Source: an uncultured Candidatus Binatia bacterium (GTDB lineage Bacteria; Desulfobacterota; Binatia; Bin18). Taken from it: a stretch of DNA of 64,000 nucleotides. Below the pieces are notes generated by a model, which had not been told where the DNA came from, made no database searches, and saw only the letters and a list, made by a program, of their open reading frames with translations. Each line of letters starts with the position of its first letter. The first letter of the stretch is position 1. Shown in pieces: positions 9,437-19,280 of the stretch. The position numbers and the translations under genes are program-made. Location: assembly GCA_965200355.1 (NCBI GenBank), contig OZ241351.1, positions 529,884 through 593,883 on the forward strand. Direction: 5' to 3'.

Positions 9437-12400
9437 TTGGAAACCAAGGCTACGGGTGGGGGCTCGATTCGGGTCACTGGCGCGCGCCAGAACAATCTCA
9501 AAAACATCGATGTGCAGATTCCCCTGCGCCAACTGACGGTCGTGACCGGGGTCAGTGGGTCGGGCAAGTCGAGCCTGGCCTTCGATATTTTGTACGCTGA
9601 AGGGCAGCGGCGCTACGTCGAGAGCTTCTCGGCCTACGCGCGGCAATTTCTCGACCGGATGGACAAGCCCCAGGTCGAGCGCATTGACGGCATTCTGCCG
9701 GCCATTGCCATTGACCAGAACCGTCCTGTGCGGACCTCGCGTTCAACCGTGGGGACCATGACCGAGCTCCACGATCACCTCAAGCTGCTGTTTGCCAAAA
9801 TCGGCCGGCTGTACTGTCGGGAATGCGGGCAACCCGTAGAGCGCGACTCGGCCGAGTCGGTGTATAAAAAGCTCCGCCAGGAAAAGCCGGCCGGCTGTCG
9901 TTTTCTGGTCACGTTCAGTGTGGCCACGCCGGCCAGCCTGCCCTGGGAAGAAGTGCGCAACGGTCTGTTGCAGTCCGGTTTCTATCGGCTGGTTGTGGCT
10001 GGGAAGCCGGTCGATATCCAAGAATTGCCAGATCGACCCGAAGCGGAGCAGGAAACCTGTACCGTTCTGGTTGACCGCCTGACACTCACCACCCGCGCGA
10101 AAAAGCGCATTCACGACTCATGCGAACACACCTTTCAGTATGGCAAGGGGCGTCTGAGTCTGATTTTCCCCGATGCAGACCACCAAGAGGAATGCACCGT
10201 CATGCCGTTCTCGGAGCAGCTGGAGTGCGCGGCGTGCGGTATCGCCTATCAAGAGCCCGTGCCGAATATGTTCTCGTTTAACAGCCCGCTCGGTGCGTGC
10301 GAGACCTGTCGCGGGTTTGGTCGCACGATTGATATTGACCCGGAGCTGATCGTCCCCGACCCGACCCTGACGCTGAAACAGGGGGCCATTAAGCCCTGGC
10401 GGATCAAAGCGGCGCAATGGGAGCGCCGCGAGCTGTTTGCCTTTTGCGAACAGCAGGCCATTCCGACCGACGTGGCCTGGCAGGCGCTTGGCCGGGAGCA
10501 GCAGCAGGCCATTATGGACGGCGAGGGGGACTACTACGGCGTCCGGGGGTGGTTCAAGTGGCTGGAAACCAAAACGTATAAGATGCACGTGCGCATCTTT
10601 CTGGCCCGCTACCGGGGCTATTTCCCGTGCGAGGACTGTCGGGGGGCGCGCCTCAAACCAGAGGGGCTGCTGTATCGGGTTGGGGGCAAAACCCTGGCCG
10701 ATATCAATCTGATGAGCATCGGGGCGAGCGCAGACTTCTTTGCCACCCTCAAGCTGACCGCCTGTCAGGAGCAGGTCGCCCGGCTCATGCTGGACGAGAT
10801 TCGGAAACGCCTGCGCTATCTGGTTGAGGTCGGGGTGGAATATCTGACCCTGGACCGGCAGTCCCGCACCCTGTCCGGCGGTGAACTGGAACGGGTGGAC
10901 CTGACCACGGCGATTGGGTCCGCTCTGGTCAACACCCTGTATATTCTGGACGAACCGTCAATCGGCCTGCATCCGCGCGACAGCCAACGCCTGGTCCGTA
11001 TTCTGCAAGACCTGCGCGACAACGGCAATACGGTCGTGGTGGTTGAGCACGACCCGGAGATTATTCGTCAGACCGATCATGTCATCGACCTAGGCCCCCT
11101 GGCTGGTGAAAAAGGCGGCGAGGTTGTGTTCAACGGGCCATATCCCAAGCTGCTCAAAGACAAGCAGTCGTTGACCGGTCAATACCTGTCCGGCCGGCGG
11201 ACCATTCCGCTCCCGCCCAAACGTCGGCCTGTCAAGAAAAAATACACGCTGACCGTCCAAGGGGCGAGCGCCCATAACCTGCAGGACATTGATGTCACCA
11301 TTCCGCTCGGCCGGCTAGTGTGTCTGACCGGCGTCTCTGGCTCGGGTAAATCAACCCTGGTGGAAGACGTGCTCTACCATGGCCTCAAAAAGCAGCGGGG
11401 GGAGCCGGTCGGCATTCCGGGCGCGTGTCGCGCCATCCGGGGCGGCGAGCAGTTGGCCGACATTATCTTTGTCGATCAGTCGGCGATTGGCACAACCCCG
11501 CGGGCCAATCTGCTCACCTACACCAAGGCGTTTGACACGGTGCGGCGTCTCTTATCGCAGACCGAGCTGGCGCGGGTGCGTGGCTATACGCCGAGCACCT
11601 TCTCGTTCAATGTTGAGGGGGGGCGTTGCGAGTCGTGCAAGGGCGAGGGCTTTGAAAAAGTCGAGATGCAGTTTCTCTCGGACGTGTACGTCCCCTGCCC
11701 CGAGTGTCAGGGCAAACGTTTTCGGGCCGAGGTGCTGCAAGTCCGCTATCAGGGCAAGAGTCTGACCGATATTCTGCATTGTACGGTTGCCGAAGCCCTC
11801 GCCTTTTTTGGCGAGCACAAAGAACTGACGCGCCGTCTGTCCCCGCTGGCCGCGGTCGGGCTGGAGTATATGCGCCTGGGTCAGGCGCTGACCACGCTGT
11901 CCGGCGGTGAGGCCCAACGGCTGAAGCTGGCCACGCATATCGCAAAGGAGCGTTCCACCGACTCGGTTGAGCACGGCACGCTGTTCCTGTTTGATGAGCC
12001 TACAACCGGACTGCATTTTGCCGATATCCAGAAGCTGCTGGGCGCGTTTGACCAACTGGTCGCCTATGGCCATTCGGTCCTGATTATTGAGCACAATCTT
12101 GAGGTCATTAAGTCCGCCGACTATCTGATAGACCTTGGGCCCGAAGGGGGAGACGGCGGCGGGACGATTGTGGCCGTGGGGACGCCGGAAGAGGTGGCCC
12201 AAGCGCCAGCCTCGCATACCGGACGCTATCTCAAGGAGGTCCTGGGCATTGCCACGACCGGACGCCGCTCGCGGCCCAAGTCGCGGAAGGCCAAGCCCCC
12301 AGCCCGGCCACCCGCTGCGGCGGGGGGGACAGGCGTCAACGGAGCAGCGTCTCAGAGCGGGTTGGAGGATACGTTTACGCCTGACGGCCAGTCCATTGCC

Positions 12401-15169
12401 ATTATTGGAGCCAAGGAACACAACCTGCAAGACATTTCGGTTGATATTCCGCGCGACCAGATGGTGGTGGTCACGGGCCTGTCCGGCTCTGGCAAGTCAA
12501 CCCTGGTGTTTGATCTGGTCTACGCCGAGGGGCAGCGACGCTATATTGACAGTCTGTCGGCCTATTCGCGGCAGTTCATTAAAGTCCTCGCCCGCCCAGA
12601 TGTTGATCTGCTGACCGGTATTCCACCCACGGTGGCTATTGAGCAGCGCATGAGCCGGGGCGGCCGGAATTCGACCGTGGCCACCGTGACCGAGCTGTCG
12701 CATTACTTGCGGCTGCTGTATGCCAAAATTGGCGTGCAGCATTGTACGCAGTGTGGCGCGCCGCTGACCGCGCGGAGCCGGAGTCAAATCCTGGAGCGCA
12801 TCCAGGCAGATTTTCATGGCCAGGACATCACCTTTTTCGCGCCGGTGGTGCGAGGGCGGAAGGGGTTTCACAAGGACATTCTCGCGGGGGCGCGCAAGCT
12901 GGGTTTTGTGCAGGCGCGGATCGACGGCCGCACGACGACTATTGAGCCGGGTCTGAGTTTGGCGCGCTATAAAGAGCACGATATCGAGATTGTGATTGGT
13001 CAAACGCAAGTGCGCCGCGCCAACGGCAATCGACGCGACACTGAAGCCCTGCTCCAGTCGGCTCTCCGGGTTGGGAGTGGAACGGTCCAGGTGGGCGGCG
13101 AAGACGAGCGGACCTATAGCGAGCATCTCTTCTGTGCCGCCTGCGGCCTTGGGTTTGAAGAGCCTGACCCGCGCCTGTTCTCCTTTAACAGCCGCCAGGG
13201 GGCCTGTCCGGCCTGCACGGGGGCCGGCTTCGTGTGGGAGTTTGATCCCGCCCTGATTGTCCCGGACGAGGGCAAGTCGCTGAAACAAGACGCGCTGCTG
13301 CCGCTCGCCCGGTCCGAACTAAAACGGGCGAAGACCAAGCTGTTACGCGGGCTCAAAAAGCTGGGGGTGCCGGTTGACCGGCCCTTTAGCGAGCTGAACG
13401 CAGAGCAGCGCCAACTGGTCTTTGCCGGGGACGAGCAGGGCGTGCAAGGGGCGCTCGCTATCCTGAATGACGCGCTCGAATCTGGCCAGGATACGGATTC
13501 GTCTCCTGCGCTCTCGCAGTTCCTGGGCGAGTCGGCCTGTCCGGAATGTCAGGGCGCGCGTCTGAACCCGCGCGCGCGGGCCGTACAGGTCTCTGGTCAG
13601 TCGCTCCCGGGGCTGATGCGTCTGTCGGTGGCAGACTGTCTCGGTCGTTTGCAGGCCCTGCCTCTGTCCGAGCGGGACACGCTCGTCGGGCGACCGATTC
13701 TCAAAGAACTCGTCCCCAGACTCACCTTCCTGAATCAAGTCGGCCTGTCCTATCTGTCCCTGGACCGCCGGGCCGACACCTTGTCTGGCGGAGAGGCGCA
13801 GCGTATTCGTCTGGCCGCCCAACTCGGCTCTAATCTGTGCGGGGTGTGTTATATCCTGGACGAACCGACCATCGGACTGCACCCTCGCGATAATGCCCGC
13901 CTGCTTGAGACCCTGCGGCAGCTGCAAGAACGCGGCAACACCGTACTGATCGTTGAACACGACGAGCAGACAATAGAAAATGCCGATGTGGTGATTGACC
14001 TGGGTCCAGGCGCCGGCGTGCATGGCGGCCAGGTCGTGGCCATGGGCCCGCCCCAGCAGTTGCGTGAAAATAGGGCCTCTCTCACCGGCCAGTTTCTCTC
14101 CTCGGATCATTCGCGGCTCGGCCCGATTCGCTCTCTCAAAGAGCGGCCGCGGTTACGCCTGCGGGGCGTGCGCGAGAATAATCTGAAGAATATCGACGTT
14201 GATATTCCGCTCGGGACGTGGGTGGGCGTGTCCGGGGTGTCCGGGTCGGGCAAGAGTTCTTTGGTCCAGGAAGTCCTGGTCAATGGACTGCGGCGCAAAC
14301 TTGGCTTGTACGTCGGGCGGGTGGGGCTGCATGACAGCATCGAGAATACCGAGGGGGTGGAGCGGGTGGTCGAAGTCGATCAGTCGCCCATTGGGAAAAC
14401 CCCGCGTTCGGTCCCAGCGTCCTATGTGGGCTTCTGGGACGAGGTCCGCAAGCTCTTTTCGCTCCTGCCCGATGCGCGGCTGCGCGGCTATAAACCGGGT
14501 CGATTCTCTTTCAATGTGAAAGGCGGACGCTGTGAGACCTGTAGCGGACAGGGCCGCATGAAGATGGAGATGAGTTTTCTACCCGATGTCTATGTCACCT
14601 GCGATGGGTGCGGGGGCCGGCGCTATAACGAGGAGACCCTGGAAATCGCCTATAATGGCAAGAACATCGCCGAGGTGCTGGACATGACGATTGAAGAGGC
14701 GGCGACATTTTTCATTGGGGTGCCCAAGGTCGCCCAACCGCTCGCGCTGCTGAACGATATCGGCATGGGCTATATCCGGCTGGGGCAGGCCAGCAATACG
14801 CTGTCCGGCGGCGAAGCCCAGCGTATCAAACTGGCCTATGAGCTGGCAAAACGCTCGCGCGGCAAAACGCTCTACGTCTTGGACGAGCCAACCACCGGGC
14901 TGCATTTCGCCGACATCGAAAAGCTGATTCATACGCTCCACCGTCTGGTTGATAAGGGCAATACGGTGGTGACGATTGAACACAACCTGGATATTCTCAA
15001 AGAAGCCGATTACATCGTTGACCTGGGTCCCGAAGGGGGCGCCGGCGGCGGCTCCATTGTGGCCAGCGGCCCGCCGCCGCAACTCATGCAGCAGACCCAG
15101 CAGTCCTATACAGCCCAGTGTTTGCAAGCCTATCTGCACGGAGGGAATCATAGTGCGCGGACAGACTGA
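9437..15169 (+). CDS. uvrA: tandem-fused double UvrA-like ABC ATPase (two complete UvrA modules in one 1910-aa ORF)
   Basis: Module 1 (aa 1 to ~950) and module 2 (~960-1910) each carry two Walker A sites (GVSGSGKSS / [12 protein letters not shown]; [11 protein letters not shown] / [11 protein letters not shown]), two LSGGE signature motifs and Cys4 zinc modules. They are joined by a Pro/Ala/Lys-rich linker ([21 protein letters not shown]) with no stop. Confidence 0.85.
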   Translation: METKATGGGSIRVTGARQNNLKNIDVQIPLRQLTVVTGVSGSGKSSLAFDILYAEGQRRYVESFSAYARQFLDRMDKPQVERIDGILPAIAIDQNRPVRTSRSTVGTMTELHDHLKLLFAKIGRLYCRECGQPVERDSAESVYKKLRQEKPAGCRFLVTFSVATPASLPWEEVRNGLLQSGFYRLVVAGKPVDIQELPDRPEAEQETCTVLVDRLTLTTRAKKRIHDSCEHTFQYGKGRLSLIFPDADHQEECTVMPFSEQLECAACGIAYQEPVPNMFSFNSPLGACETCRGFGRTIDIDPELIVPDPTLTLKQGAIKPWRIKAAQWERRELFAFCEQQAIPTDVAWQALGREQQQAIMDGEGDYYGVRGWFKWLETKTYKMHVRIFLARYRGYFPCEDCRGARLKPEGLLYRVGGKTLADINLMSIGASADFFATLKLTACQEQVARLMLDEIRKRLRYLVEVGVEYLTLDRQSRTLSGGELERVDLTTAIGSALVNTLYILDEPSIGLHPRDSQRLVRILQDLRDNGNTVVVVEHDPEIIRQTDHVIDLGPLAGEKGGEVVFNGPYPKLLKDKQSLTGQYLSGRRTIPLPPKRRPVKKKYTLTVQGASAHNLQDIDVTIPLGRLVCLTGVSGSGKSTLVEDVLYHGLKKQRGEPVGIPGACRAIRGGEQLADIIFVDQSAIGTTPRANLLTYTKAFDTVRRLLSQTELARVRGYTPSTFSFNVEGGRCESCKGEGFEKVEMQFLSDVYVPCPECQGKRFRAEVLQVRYQGKSLTDILHCTVAEALAFFGEHKELTRRLSPLAAVGLEYMRLGQALTTLSGGEAQRLKLATHIAKERSTDSVEHGTLFLFDEPTTGLHFADIQKLLGAFDQLVAYGHSVLIIEHNLEVIKSADYLIDLGPEGGDGGGTIVAVGTPEEVAQAPASHTGRYLKEVLGIATTGRRSRPKSRKAKPPARPPAAAGGTGVNGAASQSGLEDTFTPDGQSIAIIGAKEHNLQDISVDIPRDQMVVVTGLSGSGKSTLVFDLVYAEGQRRYIDSLSAYSRQFIKVLARPDVDLLTGIPPTVAIEQRMSRGGRNSTVATVTELSHYLRLLYAKIGVQHCTQCGAPLTARSRSQILERIQADFHGQDITFFAPVVRGRKGFHKDILAGARKLGFVQARIDGRTTTIEPGLSLARYKEHDIEIVIGQTQVRRANGNRRDTEALLQSALRVGSGTVQVGGEDERTYSEHLFCAACGLGFEEPDPRLFSFNSRQGACPACTGAGFVWEFDPALIVPDEGKSLKQDALLPLARSELKRAKTKLLRGLKKLGVPVDRPFSELNAEQRQLVFAGDEQGVQGALAILNDALESGQDTDSSPALSQFLGESACPECQGARLNPRARAVQVSGQSLPGLMRLSVADCLGRLQALPLSERDTLVGRPILKELVPRLTFLNQVGLSYLSLDRRADTLSGGEAQRIRLAAQLGSNLCGVCYILDEPTIGLHPRDNARLLETLRQLQERGNTVLIVEHDEQTIENADVVIDLGPGAGVHGGQVVAMGPPQQLRENRASLTGQFLSSDHSRLGPIRSLKERPRLRLRGVRENNLKNIDVDIPLGTWVGVSGVSGSGKSSLVQEVLVNGLRRKLGLYVGRVGLHDSIENTEGVERVVEVDQSPIGKTPRSVPASYVGFWDEVRKLFSLLPDARLRGYKPGRFSFNVKGGRCETCSGQGRMKMEMSFLPDVYVTCDGCGGRRYNEETLEIAYNGKNIAEVLDMTIEEAATFFIGVPKVAQPLALLNDIGMGYIRLGQASNTLSGGEAQRIKLAYELAKRSRGKTLYVLDEPTTGLHFADIEKLIHTLHRLVDKGNTVVTIEHNLDILKEADYIVDLGPEGGAGGGSIVASGPPPQLMQQTQQSYTAQCLQAYLHGGNHSARTD

Positions 15170-15176
15170 ACAGCAG

Positions 15177-15566
15177 ATGGAGAGCGCCGCTCAGACGTAT
15201 TTTGCGCGGGTCACGAGCGGCGATGTGGAGGGCATTCTCGAACTGTTTGCCGACGACGCCACGCTCATCAACCCGGTCACGGGTGCCGCCGGGATTCAGG
15301 GCAAAGCGGCCCTGCGCGTATTCTACGAAAAACTGACCACCAGCCTGGTTGACTATACCGCCGCGGCTACGGACATCATTATTGAGGGCAATAAACTGGT
15401 CGCGCCGCTCCATCTTGAAGGCAAGACGCCGGACGGCAAGCCGCTGGTGATGGACAATCTGAACTTGTGGACGTTTGAGCACGGCAAGTTCAAGGTGTTG
15501 CGGATTTATATGGACACCTATCCCTATCGCGCCGCGCTCAGTCAGGCGCTGAGCAGCAGGGGGTAG
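15177..15566 (+). CDS. SnoaL-like / NTF2-like (ketosteroid-isomerase fold) protein
   Basis: MESAAQTYFARVTSGDVEGILELFADDATLINP is the typical SnoaL_2 N-terminus. The ORF-track start at 14976 overlaps uvrA, so the ATG at 15177 is chosen. Confidence 0.6.
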   Translation: MESAAQTYFARVTSGDVEGILELFADDATLINPVTGAAGIQGKAALRVFYEKLTTSLVDYTAAATDIIIEGNKLVAPLHLEGKTPDGKPLVMDNLNLWTFEHGKFKVLRIYMDTYPYRAALSQALSSRG

Positions 15567-15593
15567 CCGAGGAACTGCATCGGTCACAAAGAG

Positions 15594-16067
15594 GTGCACA
15601 TGGCAAGCCGAAAGCCATTGAGACACATCAGAAATCCCTTAACGCTGATCGCGATATTTGCCGGACTCGCCGAAGTTGCCGCCACTACCGTCCTCCCGAT
15701 GCTCTCAGACGAGACTCAGCAGATATTTGTCTGGTATGTCATGCTCTTCCCGGTACTACTTGTCCTTGCCTTTTTCCTCACACTGAATTTTAATCATGGC
15801 GTCCTGTATTCGCCAAGCGACTTTCAGGATGAGGGCAACTTCCTAGGAGTATTGACTGGCAGGTATTCGGGTGGAACAGGTGATGCAGACGTCTTACGGA
15901 AGTATTGGAAGCCTAATGGCGCCGTGGTAAATAAGCAGAATGAAAGAAGGTTGAAAGAATGGCTCAGGTCCAATGGCCTTGACCCTGAGTCCATTACGTT
16001 CTTTCTTGGAAATGAGATTTTCGCCGCTGCTCGTCAACGGGCAATAGCCGACCTTAAACTCCAGTAA
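15594..16067 (+). CDS. hypothetical membrane protein (two N-terminal TM helices plus a soluble C-terminal domain)
   Basis: ORF in a visibly AT-richer segment. Hydrophobic stretches LTLIAIFAGLAEVAATTVL and VMLFPVLLVLAFFLTL. Confidence 0.45.
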   Translation: MHMASRKPLRHIRNPLTLIAIFAGLAEVAATTVLPMLSDETQQIFVWYVMLFPVLLVLAFFLTLNFNHGVLYSPSDFQDEGNFLGVLTGRYSGGTGDADVLRKYWKPNGAVVNKQNERRLKEWLRSNGLDPESITFFLGNEIFAAARQRAIADLKLQ

Positions 16068-16083
16068 GAATGGGGGGATTCCT

Positions 16084-16302
16084 TTGTCCAAGATAATTTT
16101 TCTTACTGATATTCCTGAGGAATCGGTAGATACGGTTCTTGGAGATTTCGAGAGTGAAGGCGCGACAGCCGAACGAAAGCTCCAAGACAATGGCTTATGG
16201 ACGATTCGGGCATCTTTCGGAGCAGTCTTGGGAGATGCCGGTAATATCTCTCCCTTCCCGCACCAGCAAATGAAGGAATATCGCCAGCTGAGAGAAGGCT
16301 AA
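16084..16302 (+). CDS. hypothetical small acidic protein (72 aa)
   Basis: ORF co-oriented with 15594-16067 in the same AT-richer islet, 17 bp downstream of it. Confidence 0.35.
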   Translation: MSKIIFLTDIPEESVDTVLGDFESEGATAERKLQDNGLWTIRASFGAVLGDAGNISPFPHQQMKEYRQLREG

Positions 16303-16433
16303 AACGGTCGTTTCAGTACCCCTAGTCTTTCAGGTTTCCACCGCTCAAGACGGCGTTACACATCGGCCCACAGCGACGTATAACGCTATCGCCTCCAGCA
16401 AGGTCAAGCTCGCCACGCAGACCCAATTCCCTC

Positions 16434-17210
16434 CTACACCTGTGGCTTGCGCTGCTCGCGGTAGATACGCATGGCCTCAGCAAAATCCTTGGTCTCAAGG
16501 GCGGCTGTACGGGCCTGCGATATGGCCGACGGCCAGGTCTCCTCACCCAGCGTCCAGGACTGATGCAGCAAATGCTTGGCAACGGTCGCGGCTCGACCGC
16601 CGACTTTTTGGCAACGGGCGACGAGCTGGGCGGTTTCTGCTTTGAGATTTTCGGCCTCGACGACTTTGGTCAGTAGCCCCCACCGCTCGGCCTGGGAGGC
16701 ATCAAAGCGTTCTCCCAGAATCAGGATTTCTTTGGCTTTGGCCAGACCAACGAGCTGGGCGAGCTTATAGCTCTGGCTGGCATCGGGCGGCGAGCCGTAG
16801 AGCACCTGGGGCAGGGAGAAAAAGGCGGTATTGGCCGCAATCCGAAAGTCACAGGCCAAAACCAACTCACAGCCGGCTCCAAGACAAGCGCCGTGGATGG
16901 AAACAATTGTGAGGGCGTTGAGGCGTTCCAGGATATCTAAGGCACGTTGCCAGGGGGCCCAGACCGCATCAATGGCCGCGTTGGTTGAGGGACGCATGGC
17001 GGCCGCCTTGAGGTCCATGCCAGAGCAAAAGGCGCGGCCTTCACCCCGTAGCACGACCACTTGGAGGTCGGTATCCGCCTCAAGGGTACGGCACGCTGCT
17101 TCGAGGTCAGCCGTAAGCTGGTCGTTCACCGCGTTTAAGGACGCTGCACGATCCAGGGTCAGAAAGGCTACCGCCTCTCTTTTTTCAATATAGAGAGTGT
17201 CCCATTCCAT
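16434..17210 (-). CDS. enoyl-CoA hydratase/isomerase (crotonase) family protein
   Basis: FCSGMDLKA oxyanion-hole region and crotonase fold. Start at MEWDTLY. Confidence 0.85.
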   Translation of the reverse strand: MEWDTLYIEKREAVAFLTLDRAASLNAVNDQLTADLEAACRTLEADTDLQVVVLRGEGRAFCSGMDLKAAAMRPSTNAAIDAVWAPWQRALDILERLNALTIVSIHGACLGAGCELVLACDFRIAANTAFFSLPQVLYGSPPDASQSYKLAQLVGLAKAKEILILGERFDASQAERWGLLTKVVEAENLKAETAQLVARCQKVGGRAATVAKHLLHQSWTLGEETWPSAISQARTAALETKDFAEAMRIYREQRKPQV

Positions 17211-17323
17211 GCTCTTTCCTCCGTCGCCCTTTTTCCCGCTTTTTCCACAGCATACCAAGCTCCGCTGACTTTATCAGTAGCTTCAGGTATATAGAGACCG
17301 CTCAAGGAGAAGGCAGCATACCT

Positions 17324-18328
17324 ATGGCAACGTACACACTGGAGCAACTGCTCGAAAGACTGTCGTCTGGAGATAGCCGCGCGCTGGCTCGGCTGATGAC
17401 GTTGGTAGAACGAGAGGATGCCCGGCTGGGCCGTATTCTGGAGGCCATCGGGCCCCGGCAGGGCCACGCCTGCACGATAGGGGTGACCGGCCCGCCGGGG
17501 GCCGGCAAGTCGAGCCTGGTTGATGGACTGATAACGCTGATGCGGCAGGCCGGAGAAACCGTTGGGATTGTGGCGATTGACCCGTCGAGTCCCTTTACCG
17601 GCGGGGCGCTGCTGGGCGACCGGATTCGGATGTCGCGGCATTATCTCGATAGCGGGGTCTTCATCCGCAGCATGGCCACGCGCGGGAGTCACGGCGGGCT
17701 GGCGCGTGCGACGACAGACGTGATGAAGCTGATGGATGCGGCGCGCCTGGATTATATTCTGGTTGAGACGGTCGGCGTCGGGCAGACGGAATTGGACGTC
17801 ATGGGTACGACCGATACCGTTCTGGTGACGCTCGTGCCGGAAGCCGGTGACGGTGTGCAGGTCATGAAAGCCGGGCTGATGGAGATTGCGGATATCTTTG
17901 TCGTCAATAAGGCGGACCGGGACGGGTCGCAGCGGATGATGACCGAACTCAGCCTGATGCTGGAGCTGAAATATAGTAATCGTCCGGCAGATAAGGCGGC
18001 GCAGTCGTCCTGGCGTATCCCCGTGCTGGCGACACAGGCGATTAACGGCACGGGTCTGCCGGAACTCCTGCACGCGATACGAGATCATCATCAGTCGTCG
18101 CTTACGTCTGGAGAGCTCACGCGCCGCCGCACAGCGCGCCGGCGCGAGGAACTCATTACCCGAGTCGAATACGAAGTCCGTAAACGCCTCACTGCCGGAG
18201 CCCAGACCGACCCCGCGCTGTCGCGTTATTTCGACGCGGTTGGCGCTGGAACGCTTGACCCCTATACCGCCTCACAGCAGATTCTGGAAAGCTCCGCGCT
18301 GCGAGAGGAAGACGGACCCAGGGTATAA
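17324..18328 (+). CDS. meaB: methylmalonyl-CoA mutase-associated GTPase MeaB/ArgK
   Basis: GVTGPPGAGKSS P-loop, VETVGVGQ and VVNKAD G-motifs. Confidence 0.85.
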   Translation: MATYTLEQLLERLSSGDSRALARLMTLVEREDARLGRILEAIGPRQGHACTIGVTGPPGAGKSSLVDGLITLMRQAGETVGIVAIDPSSPFTGGALLGDRIRMSRHYLDSGVFIRSMATRGSHGGLARATTDVMKLMDAARLDYILVETVGVGQTELDVMGTTDTVLVTLVPEAGDGVQVMKAGLMEIADIFVVNKADRDGSQRMMTELSLMLELKYSNRPADKAAQSSWRIPVLATQAINGTGLPELLHAIRDHHQSSLTSGELTRRRTARRREELITRVEYEVRKRLTAGAQTDPALSRYFDAVGAGTLDPYTASQQILESSALREEDGPRV

Positions 18329-18332
18329 GGAG

Positions 18333-19280
18333 TCAGGACCGCGGGTGATACTTCCGATGCACCTCGCGTAAGCGCGCGCTCGCCAGGTGGGTGTAGATTT
18401 GCGTTGTGGCAATATCGACGTGCCCCAGCATGGACTGGACCGCCCGCAGGTCTGCTCCACCCTCAAGCAGATGCGTGGCAAAGGCGTGTCGCAAGGCGTG
18501 GGGATAGACCCGGCTGCCCTCAGGATGCTGCTTGGCGTAGCCGGTGATGATTGCCCAGAATGCTTGACGGGTCAGCGGCTTGCCAGAGCGAGTCAGGAAA
18601 ATATAGTCGCTGCTGCGCTGCTTCAACAGGACCGGACGAACGGTGTCGAGATAGCCTTGGAGCTGCGAGAGCGCCCGAGTCCCGAGGGGGACGAGGCGTT
18701 CCCGGTTGCCCTTGCCTCGCACCCGGACGAAGCCGGCTTCCCTGTTGACCTGAGAGACGGTCAGCCGAACCAGCTCGGAGACGCGCAGCCCGGTCGCATA
18801 TAAGACTTCGAGCATGGTCTGGTTGCGCTTGCCGAGCGGGGTCGCCGTATCTGGGAGCGAGATAAGGGCCTCTACCTGCTGCTGGGAGGGCACCTGAGGC
18901 AGGGCGCGCCCAAACTTGGGCAGCTGGAGCAGGGCGGTTGGATTCTTGCCGGGCAGTGCGTTTTCCCGTTGCAGGAAGCGGTATAAACCACGCAGTGCGG
19001 TTAAGACCCGAGATTGGGTCCGGGTTGAACGGCCCTGCTCGTACAGGCTACTGAGAAAGCCAATAATATGGCGCGAACCGGCCTGTCTGATGTCCGCAAT
19101 ATCCTGGGTCGATAAATAGGCCGAGAACCGGTGGAGGTCCCGACTGTAGACCTCGACCGTCCGCAGGGTTAAGCCCTTTTCTACGGTGAGATAGCCCAGA
19201 AAGGTATCAAGCAGGATGTCACTCTGGGTACTGTTTTGGGGAGAGCGGGTGGTCTGGTGAGCGGCGACGGGCTGAGTCAT
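18333..19280 (-). CDS. xerD: site-specific tyrosine recombinase XerC/XerD
   Basis: N-terminal SAM-like domain (TVEKGLTLRTVEVYSRDL) and a C-terminal catalytic domain with RHAFATHLLEGGADLRAVQSMLGHVDIATTQIYTHL (R..HxxR..Y). Confidence 0.85.
   Translation of the reverse strand: MTQPVAAHQTTRSPQNSTQSDILLDTFLGYLTVEKGLTLRTVEVYSRDLHRFSAYLSTQDIADIRQAGSRHIIGFLSSLYEQGRSTRTQSRVLTALRGLYRFLQRENALPGKNPTALLQLPKFGRALPQVPSQQQVEALISLPDTATPLGKRNQTMLEVLYATGLRVSELVRLTVSQVNREAGFVRVRGKGNRERLVPLGTRALSQLQGYLDTVRPVLLKQRSSDYIFLTRSGKPLTRQAFWAIITGYAKQHPEGSRVYPHALRHAFATHLLEGGADLRAVQSMLGHVDIATTQIYTHLASARLREVHRKYHPRS

Noticed and set aside
9437-15169. The 5.7-kb ORF as two adjacent uvrA genes merged by the ORF finder
   Set aside because: Both modules are in the same frame with a continuous linker and no stop codon, so it is treated as a genuine fusion. 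Read-level verification is still advised.
18333-19280. Tyrosine recombinase as a marker of an integrated mobile element
   Set aside because: The sequence is XerC/XerD-like. It sits at the end of the conserved glnD-containing housekeeping block with normal GC, no flanking repeats and no tRNA. It is most likely the chromosomal dimer-resolution recombinase.
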